Both the position numbers and the translations under genes were made by a program. Under the pieces are notes generated by a model. The model saw only the letters and a program-made list of their open reading frames with translations. It was not told where the DNA came from and searched no databases. A stretch of DNA of 64,000 nt from the NCBI GenBank assembly GCA_963792585.1, contig CAWBWI010000003.1, positions 224,001 through 288,000 of the forward strand, given 5' to 3'. The stretch comes from Candidatus Eiseniibacteriota bacterium (GTDB lineage: Bacteria; Eisenbacteria; RBG-16-71-46; CAIMUX01; VGJL01). Below, piece after piece: positions 19,619 to 29,257 of the stretch. Position 1 is the first letter of the stretch; each line of letters starts with the position of its first letter.

Positions 19619-21805
19619 TTGGGCAATCTCGGAAAGCACCATCTACGAAGGAGTCGATCCGGGCCGCCACGAAACGGCGAACCGGAACCGATCGTCTTGT
19701 TCCTGCCGGCGTTTCTGTGGATCTTATTGTGCGCCGCGCCCTTCCCCTTCTCACCGTTTCCATCGAAGGCGTGCGCCTCCGTCTTCTACCCGGCTTCCTA
19801 CTATCCCGACAGCGCCGACAGCCTGGGGGCGACCCCGATCCATCTCGAGCCGGGGGAGACGTCTGCACCGTTGCGGCTCGGGCCGCGGTCCGCTGGAGGT
19901 TCGGTCACCATTCGGATTCTCGGTGACGATGACGGGCTTCCCATTGAGGGAGTCCTCGTTGAGGCAGTGGTGGGCAGATTCCGCGCCTACGCGAAAACGG
20001 ATGCCGGCGGGCACGCCGTCGTGACCGGCGCGAGGCCCGGCATGGCCCGGGTGAGTGCGCGTCCCGATGACCCGCGAAGCGAGACGGGCGCGTACGCCGT
20101 CGGTTCCAGTCCAACGCTGCTGGAGATCCGAGACGGTGCCGAGAGCGATGCCGGCGAGATCCGGCTCGCGCGCGCCGGGCGGATCAAGGCTCTGGTGAGA
20201 CGCCCGACCGGGCAAGCATGGCCATCGATTCCGGTCGTTCTCAAAGCGGTGGACGACTCGTTCCGTCGCATCGTGCGGACGGCCGAGGACGGGCGCGCCA
20301 GTTTCGGCGGGCTATCTCCGGGAGCGTACCGGCTTTGGGCGGATGCTACCGGCACCGACGCCGTGTCGGAAGCGTGGGACGGATCGCGGGATACCCTCTC
20401 CTCCACTCCGCTCGAGGTCTTGCCTGGCTCCCTACTATCCCCGGTCGAGATTCGACCGGATCTTGGGGGGACCATCTCGGGTGTCGTGCGGGACAAGTCG
20501 GCGAGTCTCGGTTTGCCCGACGTTGAGGTTCACATCGTCGCCCAGCAGGTGCCCCGGAATACCTATACATTTCGCACCGATCCCCTCGGCTTCTACTTCG
20601 CGACCGGTTTGGCCGGCGGGTCGTACAAGATCTACGTGCCGATCCTGCTGCGGTGGTACCCGGACGCAACGAGCGAGTCTGCGGGCCGCCCGGTGACGGC
20701 AACCGAGGGGGCGACCGCCTTCGGCATCGACCTGGCGGGCGATCCGATCGCAGAATGCACCATCGCGACCGGACGGGCCTGCGCGGTCAACGGTGCGATT
20801 CGAGCCAACTTCGACATCATGCCCAGCGCGACGGTCGTCGTCTGGAACGATGCGGACACGATTCAGCAAGTTGTGAGAGAGGCCGGCTCATACACCGTCG
20901 GCTGCATCCCCCCGGGAAGCTACCGGGTCAAGTGCGTACCCGAAGGGACCTATCGCACCCAGTACCACAAGAAGACGAACGCACCGGACAGCGCGGTCGT
21001 CGTCACGATTGCGGCAGGCGACACGGCACGCGCGGTCGACTTCGAACCGCAACGATCGGTAGTGATCGAGGGGAGCGTTGAGGATGGCGAGACCGGGCTC
21101 CCTCTCGAGGGCATTCGTGTGACCGGGAGTCGATCCGGAGGCGATCGGGTCCAAACGATCACCGATGCCGCGGGGGGGTTCCTTCTCGATCGCTTTCCGG
21201 ACGGTTCGGGACTTCCAACGGGAGACTGGATCGTCGGCACCGACTCGATCTCCATCACGGACATTGCGCCAACACCGGTCCGCACAATCGATCTCGCGGC
21301 AGCGAGAACGGGCCCTTCCGTGCGAATCCGATTCCTCGTCCCCGAAGATCTCGCGATCGGGGACTGGTTCCTCGAGCGCCGCTGCGGAGAGGCAACGATG
21401 ACGATCGTTGCCGACGCCTCCCGCCATCCGGACGGGACACGGGCGCGGGAATTCACCGATTCCGATGCCGCCGGCGGTTGCGTCTACCGGCTTTCGGTCG
21501 ATCTCGGGCCTGAAGCCGCCGGCGGGCGGATCGAGTCCCGTTGGGTATCCGCGGGAATTGCCACCCGCTCCCTGTTCCCTTCTCCCTGGGACGGCCGGGG
21601 TGTTCTCCACCTTCCCGAACCCGTGAGACCCGGCGGCCGGTGCGCGCTCTTGACGCCCGATGGATCCCATACGCTCCAGCTCCAGGCGGACGGACTCGAG
21701 ATCTCGCTGCCGTCCGGGGTTGCGATCGCTTCCGGCGTCTATTTCCTTCGATGGCGCACCGTATCGGGGAACGAGCGGACCGCTCGAATCGTGGTGAAGC
21801 GATGA
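19619..21805 (+). CDS. Secreted protein with carboxypeptidase-regulatory-like (prealbumin-fold) repeats and a degenerate T9SS-like tail
   Basis: Repeated G.i.G.V.D..sG.pl.gv.V and TD..G.y...GL..G.Y motifs; tail FPSPW...ASGVYFLRW; start uncertain. Confidence 0.7.
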   Translation: MGNLGKHHLRRSRSGPPRNGEPEPIVLFLPAFLWILLCAAPFPFSPFPSKACASVFYPASYYPDSADSLGATPIHLEPGETSAPLRLGPRSAGGSVTIRILGDDDGLPIEGVLVEAVVGRFRAYAKTDAGGHAVVTGARPGMARVSARPDDPRSETGAYAVGSSPTLLEIRDGAESDAGEIRLARAGRIKALVRRPTGQAWPSIPVVLKAVDDSFRRIVRTAEDGRASFGGLSPGAYRLWADATGTDAVSEAWDGSRDTLSSTPLEVLPGSLLSPVEIRPDLGGTISGVVRDKSASLGLPDVEVHIVAQQVPRNTYTFRTDPLGFYFATGLAGGSYKIYVPILLRWYPDATSESAGRPVTATEGATAFGIDLAGDPIAECTIATGRACAVNGAIRANFDIMPSATVVVWNDADTIQQVVREAGSYTVGCIPPGSYRVKCVPEGTYRTQYHKKTNAPDSAVVVTIAAGDTARAVDFEPQRSVVIEGSVEDGETGLPLEGIRVTGSRSGGDRVQTITDAAGGFLLDRFPDGSGLPTGDWIVGTDSISITDIAPTPVRTIDLAAARTGPSVRIRFLVPEDLAIGDWFLERRCGEATMTIVADASRHPDGTRAREFTDSDAAGGCVYRLSVDLGPEAAGGRIESRWVSAGIATRSLFPSPWDGRGVLHLPEPVRPGGRCALLTPDGSHTLQLQADGLEISLPSGVAIASGVYFLRWRTVSGNERTARIVVKR

Positions 21806-24361
21806 GCGCTCGCCACGAGTTGCCGTCGATCCTGACGCGGGCGATGCTGGCCGCCGCATCGGCTGCAGAACAGAGGATGGAAACCTCCGCGACGCAGGAT
21901 CTGTTCCCCTCGCCGCCCCACGATACCGGAACACGCGATTTGGAAAAGGTCGCCGACGCCGTTCATCAGCTCATGGCGGGGCTCATCACACTCCTGATGC
22001 TCGAACTGGACGGGCTTGTCGACTCGCCCCTCAATCGAAAGAGCCGCGTGCGGCTTCGTCTCGGCGCGCCGTCGCGTAGCAGAATCTTGGCCGACTGGAG
22101 CGACCCGCTTCGTGCCGACGAGGACGCAACCCTCTTCGCCGCTCCGAAACCGTCCCTTTCCCTCCCGAGCGCGCGCAATCCGGAGACCTTCTTCGACGCG
22201 AACCTCGACGCGGTCCGCGCGAACGCCGTCTACCTGGGGCTCACCTCATCGACGATCGAGGAGTTGATTCGGTGGCTCCTGCCAATGATTGCGCGCTGTG
22301 GGCCGGAGGACGACCCGGTCGGCTGGATCCACGCGCACGGACAACGGCACCGGTTGGTACGAGGACCGGGCAGCCGTCTTCGATTCCAGGTGGACCGCGA
22401 ACGGGGGAGACGCCAGGGCGTCCTCTACACGCCGCCACCGCTCACGGAAGCCCTTGTCGAAGCGGTTTTGAACGCCTGGCGCGAGTCCTCCCGTGGGGAG
22501 TCCATCCAGCTTTTCGAGGGAGAGGCGGCCGGCCACCGGCCGATGCCGAGAATCCTCGATCCTTCCTGCGGGAGTGGGCAGTTCCTCCTGGCGATCGCGA
22601 GACGCTTGATCACCGAGGGTTCCACGAGACCCGCGGGAGATCCTCGAGGTTTTCACCTCGATGCACGGTGTCGACATCGATCCCGCCGCCGCGACTTTGG
22701 CCGCCTTCAACCTGTCGTTGCTGGCCGTCCGCTCGCTCTGCCGATCTCAGAGCGCCGACCCCGCGGTCGTCGTTGCCTGGCTGGAAGAGCAACTCGGTCA
22801 CGGCTTCCCGTGGTTCCTGGGCACCCAGATCCATCAAGGCAACGCGCTCTTCCTCGCGCCCACGCAGGAGGGAACGACCTTCCGCTGGATCGACCGGTTT
22901 GCGCCGATCTTCAATCGCGAGCGGCCCGGATTCGACATCGTGATCGGCAATCCGCCATGGGTATCCTATGGGCTGCGCGACCGCGCGGGAGCCGAGGAAG
23001 AGGAGGAGTCCTACCTGCGACGTCTCTATTCGTTCGGCGCGCAGTACAAGCTCAGCCTCTATCCCCTCTTCATCGAGCTGGCGCTTCGACTCACACGGCC
23101 CGCCGGCCTTCACGGTTTCCTCGTGCCGGACTCCTTCTTCACCGGTAGACACTTTTCGAAGATTCGCGCCCATTTACTCCAGACGAGCAGACCTCTGCTC
23201 TTCTGCCTGGTCGAATCGGGACCCTGGCCGGGAGTCCATGTGGGCCACACCGGGTTCTACTGCGTTCGTCGCCTTCCCGCGCCGGATGCCGCGACGCCGG
23301 TCACGACCTCCGTTTTGCAGCTCTCTTCAGCGCGGCATCGTCCCGAGGCGGGGTCTGGACAGACGCTCTTTGCCGGTCGCGGGGACCGAACCGAGCCGGT
23401 TCTCGTCGACCCAAGGGTCTTCGAGAAGACACCGCATCAGGTGTTCCGGATCTACCGAGACCCGACGGAGCACCGGTTCGTCGAAACGATGGATGCAACC
23501 CCTCTCCGGATCGAAAACCTCGTCGACACGTATTCGGGCCTCATCGGCCGGTACGGGCAGGAGAGCATCACCGGTCCGACCAAAGGGGACTTCATCCTGC
23601 ACGATCGCGCCAAGAGGATCGTGCTACGAGATCCCGAGCCGTCGACCCGATGGCGTCCCGCTCTCCACAGCGGCGCAGAGGTGGAACCGTTCCATGTCCG
23701 CTGGCGTGGCGGGTGCGTCTACGTACCTGATGACCGGGACACACGAAGACTCGTCTACAAGAGCGGCTTCGACGTCGAACGCTACCTTGGACCGAAGCTG
23801 TTCGTACGGCAAACGGGCGACCGGATTGTGGCCGCTCGTGAAGAACAGGGCCTCTTCTGCCTCAACAATGTGCATATCCTGACCCCCTGCGGCACTCCGG
23901 AGATCGAACTGCGTTTCCTTCTGGGATTGTTGATGAGCGCTCCGATGCAACGCTACTACCAGATCGTTGCCCTCGAGGCGGGGCGCCCGCTGGCGCAGGT
24001 CGACCTCGCAACCGTGCGGACGCTGCCGTACCCCTGTGACTTGGATGGCGAGCCCTATGGGCTAGCGATCCGCCCGTCTCGCGATACCCGATCCGCGATT
24101 GCGCAGTTCCATCATCGGATCGAGGAGTCCCTCACGTCGGGGCGGATCGACGACATCATCCATATCGCGCACGACGCCGACACCGAAATGGACGGAATGG
24201 AGAGGGTGATCTCCAGGCGCGATCGAACCACTCTTACGATCGCCCACCTGGTTGCCATCCTGGAGCGATCGGAGGAGACGCCAGGCGCTCCGGCGGCCCA
24301 TCGCGCGTTGGATCGATTGGTAGGAGTCCTCTTCGGTCTGCAGGGGGAGCCGAGGAGCTAG
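21802..24361 (+). CDS. N6-adenine DNA methyltransferase (gamma class, TaqI-like C-terminal specificity domain), split by one frameshift near 22635
   Basis: First frame: GVLYTP and ILDPSCGSGQFL (motif I). Second frame: GVDID, GFDIVIGNPPW (motif IV), KLFVRQT...NNVHIL...LPYP. Confidence 0.85.
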
Positions 24362-25395
24362 GTCTCGAACCTGCCTGGGATCACGGTATCGCAGGAAGGG
24401 CATCGATTTCCGTTGAGTTCGTTCCTGCGCACCTTGTGCCAATCCCGCGCGAGCAGAGCCTTCCCACACCCCGGACACCATGTCGTTTGTCCCTCGACGT
24501 CGAATACGTTCCCGACGTAGACGAATCGGATGCCATGGGATGTGGCGATCGCGCGCGCGCGCATGAGCGTCGCCGCGGGGGTCTGCGGGATTCCACGCAT
24601 CCGGTAGTCGGGATGGAACGCAGTGAAGTGGAGCGGGACGTCGACTCCCAAGTGGTCGACGATCCAGGCACTTTCCCGGTGGATCTCCTCGTCGGTGTCG
24701 TTCATCCCGGGGATCAAGAGCGTCGTTATCTCGAACCAGATATCCGGCCGCTCGGACTTTAGCCAGACCAGGGTATCCAGAACCGGCCCCAGGTGCGAAA
24801 GGGTCGCGCGGGCGTAGAATTCCTCCGTGAACCCCTTCAGGTCGATGTTCGCGGCATCGATGAACTCGAAGACGTCCGGCCGGGCTTCCGGGGTGATGTA
24901 TCCCGCCGTGACCATGACGCTTCGAATTCCGCTCTCCCGCGCGAGTCGGGATACGTCGATCACAAACTCCCCGATGATGACCGGATCGTTGTAGGTGAAT
25001 GCGATCGACGGACAGCCCTCCCGCTTGGCGAGGTCAACCACCTGGGCTGGAGTCACCTCGTGGCTCTGTTTCTCATCGATCCTCGCCTTGCTGATATCCC
25101 AGTTCTGACAGAATTGGCAGCCAAGATTGCAGCCTGCGGTTCCGAATGAGAGGATTGGTGTCCCCGGAAGGAAGTGGTTCAGCGGCTTCTTCTCGATCGG
25201 ATCGACCGCGAAGCCTGTCGGCCGGCCGTAGCCGAGACTCCTGAGGACGCCGTCCTGGTTCTGGCGAACGAAACAGAAACCAGCCTGTCCGTCCGAAAGC
25301 CGGCAATATCGCGGACAGAGGGTGCAGAGGATTCTTCCGTCGGGTTCCGTTTGCCAGAACCGCGCTTCAGGAACCGGCCGCGTTCGCGTCGACAT
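24358..25395 (-). CDS. amrS: AmmeMemoRadiSam system radical SAM enzyme
   Basis: CTLCPRYC, DPIEKKPL, CNLGCQFCQNW (CxxxCxxC), AFTYNDP, AFHPDY, YVGN. Confidence 0.93.
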   Translation of the reverse strand: MSTRTRPVPEARFWQTEPDGRILCTLCPRYCRLSDGQAGFCFVRQNQDGVLRSLGYGRPTGFAVDPIEKKPLNHFLPGTPILSFGTAGCNLGCQFCQNWDISKARIDEKQSHEVTPAQVVDLAKREGCPSIAFTYNDPVIIGEFVIDVSRLARESGIRSVMVTAGYITPEARPDVFEFIDAANIDLKGFTEEFYARATLSHLGPVLDTLVWLKSERPDIWFEITTLLIPGMNDTDEEIHRESAWIVDHLGVDVPLHFTAFHPDYRMRGIPQTPAATLMRARAIATSHGIRFVYVGNVFDVEGQTTWCPGCGKALLARDWHKVRRNELNGNRCPSCDTVIPGRFET

Positions 25396-25436
25396 GGGTT
25401 CCCCCTCCTCATCCCGGGAAGGGTATCATACTTGGC

Positions 25437-26063
25437 GTGGCTCGATTCGATTCCGAAAGGCAAGCGGAGTTCCTTCGCGGTTTGAATCCGCGCCGCGCCG
25501 CGCTCAAGCGCGCGCTCGACTCCCGTCGCCTCCCTTACGGCGTCGCAATCGACAACCCCGACAAGCAAACGAACATCGGCAACCTGTTCCGGACCGCCCA
25601 CTCGTTCCTTTGCGGCGAGATCGTCATCGTCGGTTCTCCCCGCTATCAGGGCGCCGGAAGTCATGGGATCGAGCGATTCGAGAGAATCCGCCACTTCCCG
25701 GACCGCTCTTCATTCCGCGCCTGGCTTCCGGACAGCGGCTACACCGCCGTTGCCGTCGAGATCCACCCGGATGCGGAACGCCTCGATCGTTTCGACTTCC
25801 CCGAGAAGCCGCTGTTCGTTCTGGGCAGCGAACTCTATGGCCTCAGCGAAGAACTGCTCGCGGTCTGCCCGCGGAAAGTCATGATCCCTCAGTTCGGGCT
25901 CATGCCTTGTCTGAATGTGAACATCTCGTGCTCGATCGTTCTCTACCAGTACGTTGCATCCAGGAATCCGGGGCTGGAGACGCCGCCGGTACGGGGCAGG
26001 AAGTTTCTGGTGGATGGAAGGAGCGGCCGGACTCCGACCGCCGGTGAGAACTCTATCAGTTAG
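25437..26063 (+). CDS. TrmH/SpoU family RNA methyltransferase
   Basis: NIGNLFRTA, LFVLGSELYGL, IPQFG...LNV. Confidence 0.88.
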   Translation: MARFDSERQAEFLRGLNPRRAALKRALDSRRLPYGVAIDNPDKQTNIGNLFRTAHSFLCGEIVIVGSPRYQGAGSHGIERFERIRHFPDRSSFRAWLPDSGYTAVAVEIHPDAERLDRFDFPEKPLFVLGSELYGLSEELLAVCPRKVMIPQFGLMPCLNVNISCSIVLYQYVASRNPGLETPPVRGRKFLVDGRSGRTPTAGENSIS

Positions 26064-26719
26064 GCGTCTTTCCGGTGCCTCGGGTCGACCGCCTCGACAA
26101 GATAGATCACTTCGTCCGCGATGTTCTTCCCATAGTCGGCGATGCGCTCCAGGGCCCGCGCCAGGAAGATCAACTCCACGGTCTGCGCCACCCTCGACGG
26201 ATTCTCCATCATGTAACCGAGGAGGCGCTGGATCGTCTCGCGGTGGATTCGATTGATCTCCTCGTCTCCCTCTCGAACCTCCCGCGCGAGCGTTACGTCC
26301 TCGCGGATGTAGGATTCCATCGATCGCGAGACGGCCTTCTTCACCATCTCCCCAAGGGCGGGCAGGCCGAAGAAATCTCCGATCGGCGGGAGGTCGGACA
26401 GATCGCACCCCACGCGGGCGATGTAGACCGCTTGATCCCCGGTCCGCTCGAGATTCGTGTTGATCTTCATCGACATCGTTGCGAAACGCAGGTCCTTTGC
26501 GACCGGCTGGCGGAGAAGGAGCAGGTCGATGCACGCCTGGTCTATCCGCACTTCGAACATGTCGATTTCCCGATCGGTCTCGATCACCTTCCTGCACAGG
26601 TCCGTGTCCCGGCCAAAGAGCCCCTCGAGGGCAAGAGACACATTCTCCTCGGCCAGATAGGACATCCGCAGGAGCAGGTCCCGGAGGTCCCGAAATTGGG
26701 ATTCGTAATATCTCTCCAC
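26060..26719 (-). CDS. phoU: Phosphate signalling protein PhoU
   Basis: QPVAKDLR, LERTGD, LERIAD..NIA; last gene of the pst operon. Confidence 0.95.
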   Translation of the reverse strand: MERYYESQFRDLRDLLLRMSYLAEENVSLALEGLFGRDTDLCRKVIETDREIDMFEVRIDQACIDLLLLRQPVAKDLRFATMSMKINTNLERTGDQAVYIARVGCDLSDLPPIGDFFGLPALGEMVKKAVSRSMESYIREDVTLAREVREGDEEINRIHRETIQRLLGYMMENPSRVAQTVELIFLARALERIADYGKNIADEVIYLVEAVDPRHRKDA

Positions 26720-26736
26720 TGTGCTCCCGTCGGCGA

Positions 26737-27552
26737 TCAGCCGAATCTCCCCGTTACGTAGTCTTCCGTCTGCTGCTTGTCCGGCTTCTGGAAGATCTTC
26801 TTCGTGGGACCGAACTCTATCAAACTTCCAAGATAGAAGAAAGCGGTGTGGTCGCTCACGCGCGTCGCCTGGTGCATGTTATGCGTGACGATCACCACCG
26901 TGTATCTCTCCCGAAGCTCCATGATGAGCGTCTCGATCTTCGCGGTGGCGATTGGATCGAGCGCGGAACAGGGCTCGTCCATCAGGAGGACCTCGGGATC
27001 GGTCGCGACGGCGCGGGCGATGCAGAGTCGCTGCTGCTGTCCCCCGGAAAGATTCATCGCGCTTTCCTTCAGGCGGTCTTTCACCTCGTCCCACAGACCC
27101 GCCGCGAACAAGCTTCGTTCGACGGCCTCATCGAGCACGTTCTTGCGGTTTTGTCCGTCGATCCGGAGTCCGTAGATCACGTTCTCGTAGATCGACTTCG
27201 GAAACGGGTTCGACTTCTGAAAGACCATCCCCGTCCGCTTACGAAGAGCGATAACGTCGATCCCCGGAGCGTAGATGTCCTCCCCGTGGATCTTGACGGT
27301 CCCTGAGATCCTCACTCCCGGGATCAGGTCGTTCAGACGATTCAGGCAGCGGAGAAGTGTCGACTTTCCACATCCCGACGGACCGATGAATGCCGTGACC
27401 TGTCGCTCCGGGATCCGCATGTTGACGCCGTGGAGCGCCTGAGAGAGCCCATACCAGAGATCGAGGCGGTCGACCTCGATCGCAATCGGGGCCGTGCTCT
27501 CCGTCGGTGCCTGCATCAACGATGGTGTTTCCATTTCCTCCACCAGATTCAT
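26737..27552 (-). CDS. pstB: Phosphate ABC transporter ATPase
   Basis: [44 protein letters not shown]. Confidence 0.97.
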   Translation of the reverse strand: MNLVEEMETPSLMQAPTESTAPIAIEVDRLDLWYGLSQALHGVNMRIPERQVTAFIGPSGCGKSTLLRCLNRLNDLIPGVRISGTVKIHGEDIYAPGIDVIALRKRTGMVFQKSNPFPKSIYENVIYGLRIDGQNRKNVLDEAVERSLFAAGLWDEVKDRLKESAMNLSGGQQQRLCIARAVATDPEVLLMDEPCSALDPIATAKIETLIMELRERYTVVIVTHNMHQATRVSDHTAFFYLGSLIEFGPTKKIFQKPDKQQTEDYVTGRFG

Positions 27553-27567
27553 GCCCTGATCCCCATT

Positions 27568-29250
27568 CTAACCGAAGGCCCCGGTCCGGTACTTGTCCCG
27601 CAGCTTGTTGCGGATGATGATTGCCGCCATGTTCAGAACAACGACAATGAGTATCAGCAAGAGCGTGGTCATGTAGACCATCGGCTTCGCGGCCTCGACG
27701 TTGGGGCTCTGGAAGCCGACATCATAGATGTGGAAGCCGAGGTGCATGAACTTCCGTTCGAGGTGTAGGAATGGGAAGTCCCCGTCCAGCGGGAGCTTCG
27801 GCGCGAGCTTCACAACGCCCGTGATCATGAGGGGGGCGACCTCTCCCGCTCCGCGCGCCATTGCAAGAATCGCGCCCGTCATGATCCCCGGCGCGGCGCT
27901 CGGTAGGACGATTCGAGTGATCGTCTGGAATTTCGAGGCGCCGCAGGCGATGGAGCCCTCGCGGATGCCCCGAGGCACCGCCGCCAGCGCTTCCTCGGTC
28001 GCTACGATGACAACGGGGACCGTCAGCAGCGCCAGGGTCAGAGACGCCCAGAGGAGGCCCCCGCCGCCGAACGTCGGGGAAGGAAGTCGCGCACCAAAGA
28101 ACGCCCGGTCGACAGACCCTCCAACCAAATAGGCGAAGAACCCGAGGCCGAAGAGACCGAAGACGATGCTCGGCACCCCGGCCAGGTTGTTGATCGCGAT
28201 CCTCAAGATCGTAATCACGATCCCCTGCTTCGCGTACTCCCGAAGGTAGAGCGCGGCCATCACGCCGAGGGGAACCACCGCGAGGGTCATCAGCAGTGTC
28301 ATGAGGACCGTCCCGAAGATGGCCGGGAAGATCCCTCCCTCGGTGTTCGATTCGCGCGGATCGGCCGTGAAGAACTCCCAGAGCCGCGAGACATAGATGC
28401 GCAGCCGCCCCAGGACACTCATTTCATTGGGTCGGTACGCGCGCACGGTATCGGAGATCGGCAACTCCTTTGTCTCTCCGCGGGCCGACCGGAGGGTAAC
28501 CGTATACTGCCGATCTTCCCCATGCAGGGCATCGAGCTTCCGCCGCAGCGCCTCAAAGGCCGTCGTTTCCTCGGCGATCCGGCGTTCGCAGGATGCAATC
28601 CGCTCCTTTGCCTCCGGGGTCGCCGCGGCTCCGGAGATCTCGATCTTTCGAATCGCCAGGCGCTGCTTGTCGATCGCGGCGCTGATCCTGCCGGCCTCGT
28701 CTCTCTCGATGGAGCGAATGCGGGCGAACCGGTCTCCTGCCGGTCCGATCTCCTGCAGGAGTCGTTCCCAGGCGCCGGCTTTGCCAACCACCTCCATCCC
28801 GGCCCGCACTTCCTCGATCGTTCCGTAGAAAGGTCCCCACTCCCGCCGCTCCACCACGGCAAGCTCCGTTGGACGGGTGCGCTTCACGATCGCTGACTCG
28901 TCGAACCACTTGAAGTCGAGTCCATGGAGATCGCGGTTTCCGATCCGCAGGAGGATCCGGTGGCCGCCGCTGCCTTCCACATATGCGGGGATCCGCTCGC
29001 GTCGCTCCACCTGGCCGACCACGACCGATCCATCCTTCAGCTCCACCTGCGCAAGCCCGTCGGGCCACATGGAGCCGAGGCCGTTGGCGATGATCAGGGT
29101 CAACATTCCGAGAATCATCACCACCGCGCACGCAAGCGCTCCCCCCGTCAACCAGACGAACGGATCCCCCCGCCGGACCAACTGGACCCAAACGGAATCT
29201 TCTCGATTCGTCCCTGCTCGCGGTCTCATGGTCCCGGATCCCGTGTTCAT
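27568..29250 (-). CDS. pstA: Phosphate ABC transporter permease PstA (long form with extracytoplasmic coiled-coil insert)
   Basis: PRESNTEGGIFPAIFGT, NLAGVPSIVFGLFG, ARGAGEVAPL. Confidence 0.95.
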   Translation of the reverse strand: MNTGSGTMRPRAGTNREDSVWVQLVRRGDPFVWLTGGALACAVVMILGMLTLIIANGLGSMWPDGLAQVELKDGSVVVGQVERRERIPAYVEGSGGHRILLRIGNRDLHGLDFKWFDESAIVKRTRPTELAVVERREWGPFYGTIEEVRAGMEVVGKAGAWERLLQEIGPAGDRFARIRSIERDEAGRISAAIDKQRLAIRKIEISGAAATPEAKERIASCERRIAEETTAFEALRRKLDALHGEDRQYTVTLRSARGETKELPISDTVRAYRPNEMSVLGRLRIYVSRLWEFFTADPRESNTEGGIFPAIFGTVLMTLLMTLAVVPLGVMAALYLREYAKQGIVITILRIAINNLAGVPSIVFGLFGLGFFAYLVGGSVDRAFFGARLPSPTFGGGGLLWASLTLALLTVPVVIVATEEALAAVPRGIREGSIACGASKFQTITRIVLPSAAPGIMTGAILAMARGAGEVAPLMITGVVKLAPKLPLDGDFPFLHLERKFMHLGFHIYDVGFQSPNVEAAKPMVYMTTLLLILIVVVLNMAAIIIRNKLRDKYRTGAFG

Positions 29251-29257
29251 CGATTCC

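Noticed and set aside
17514..24361. queF plus DNA methyltransferase as a 7-deazaguanine DNA modification (Dpd-like) island
   Set aside because: No dpdA/tgt-like, queC, queD, queE or folE gene in the window, and two unrelated secreted-protein genes lie between them.
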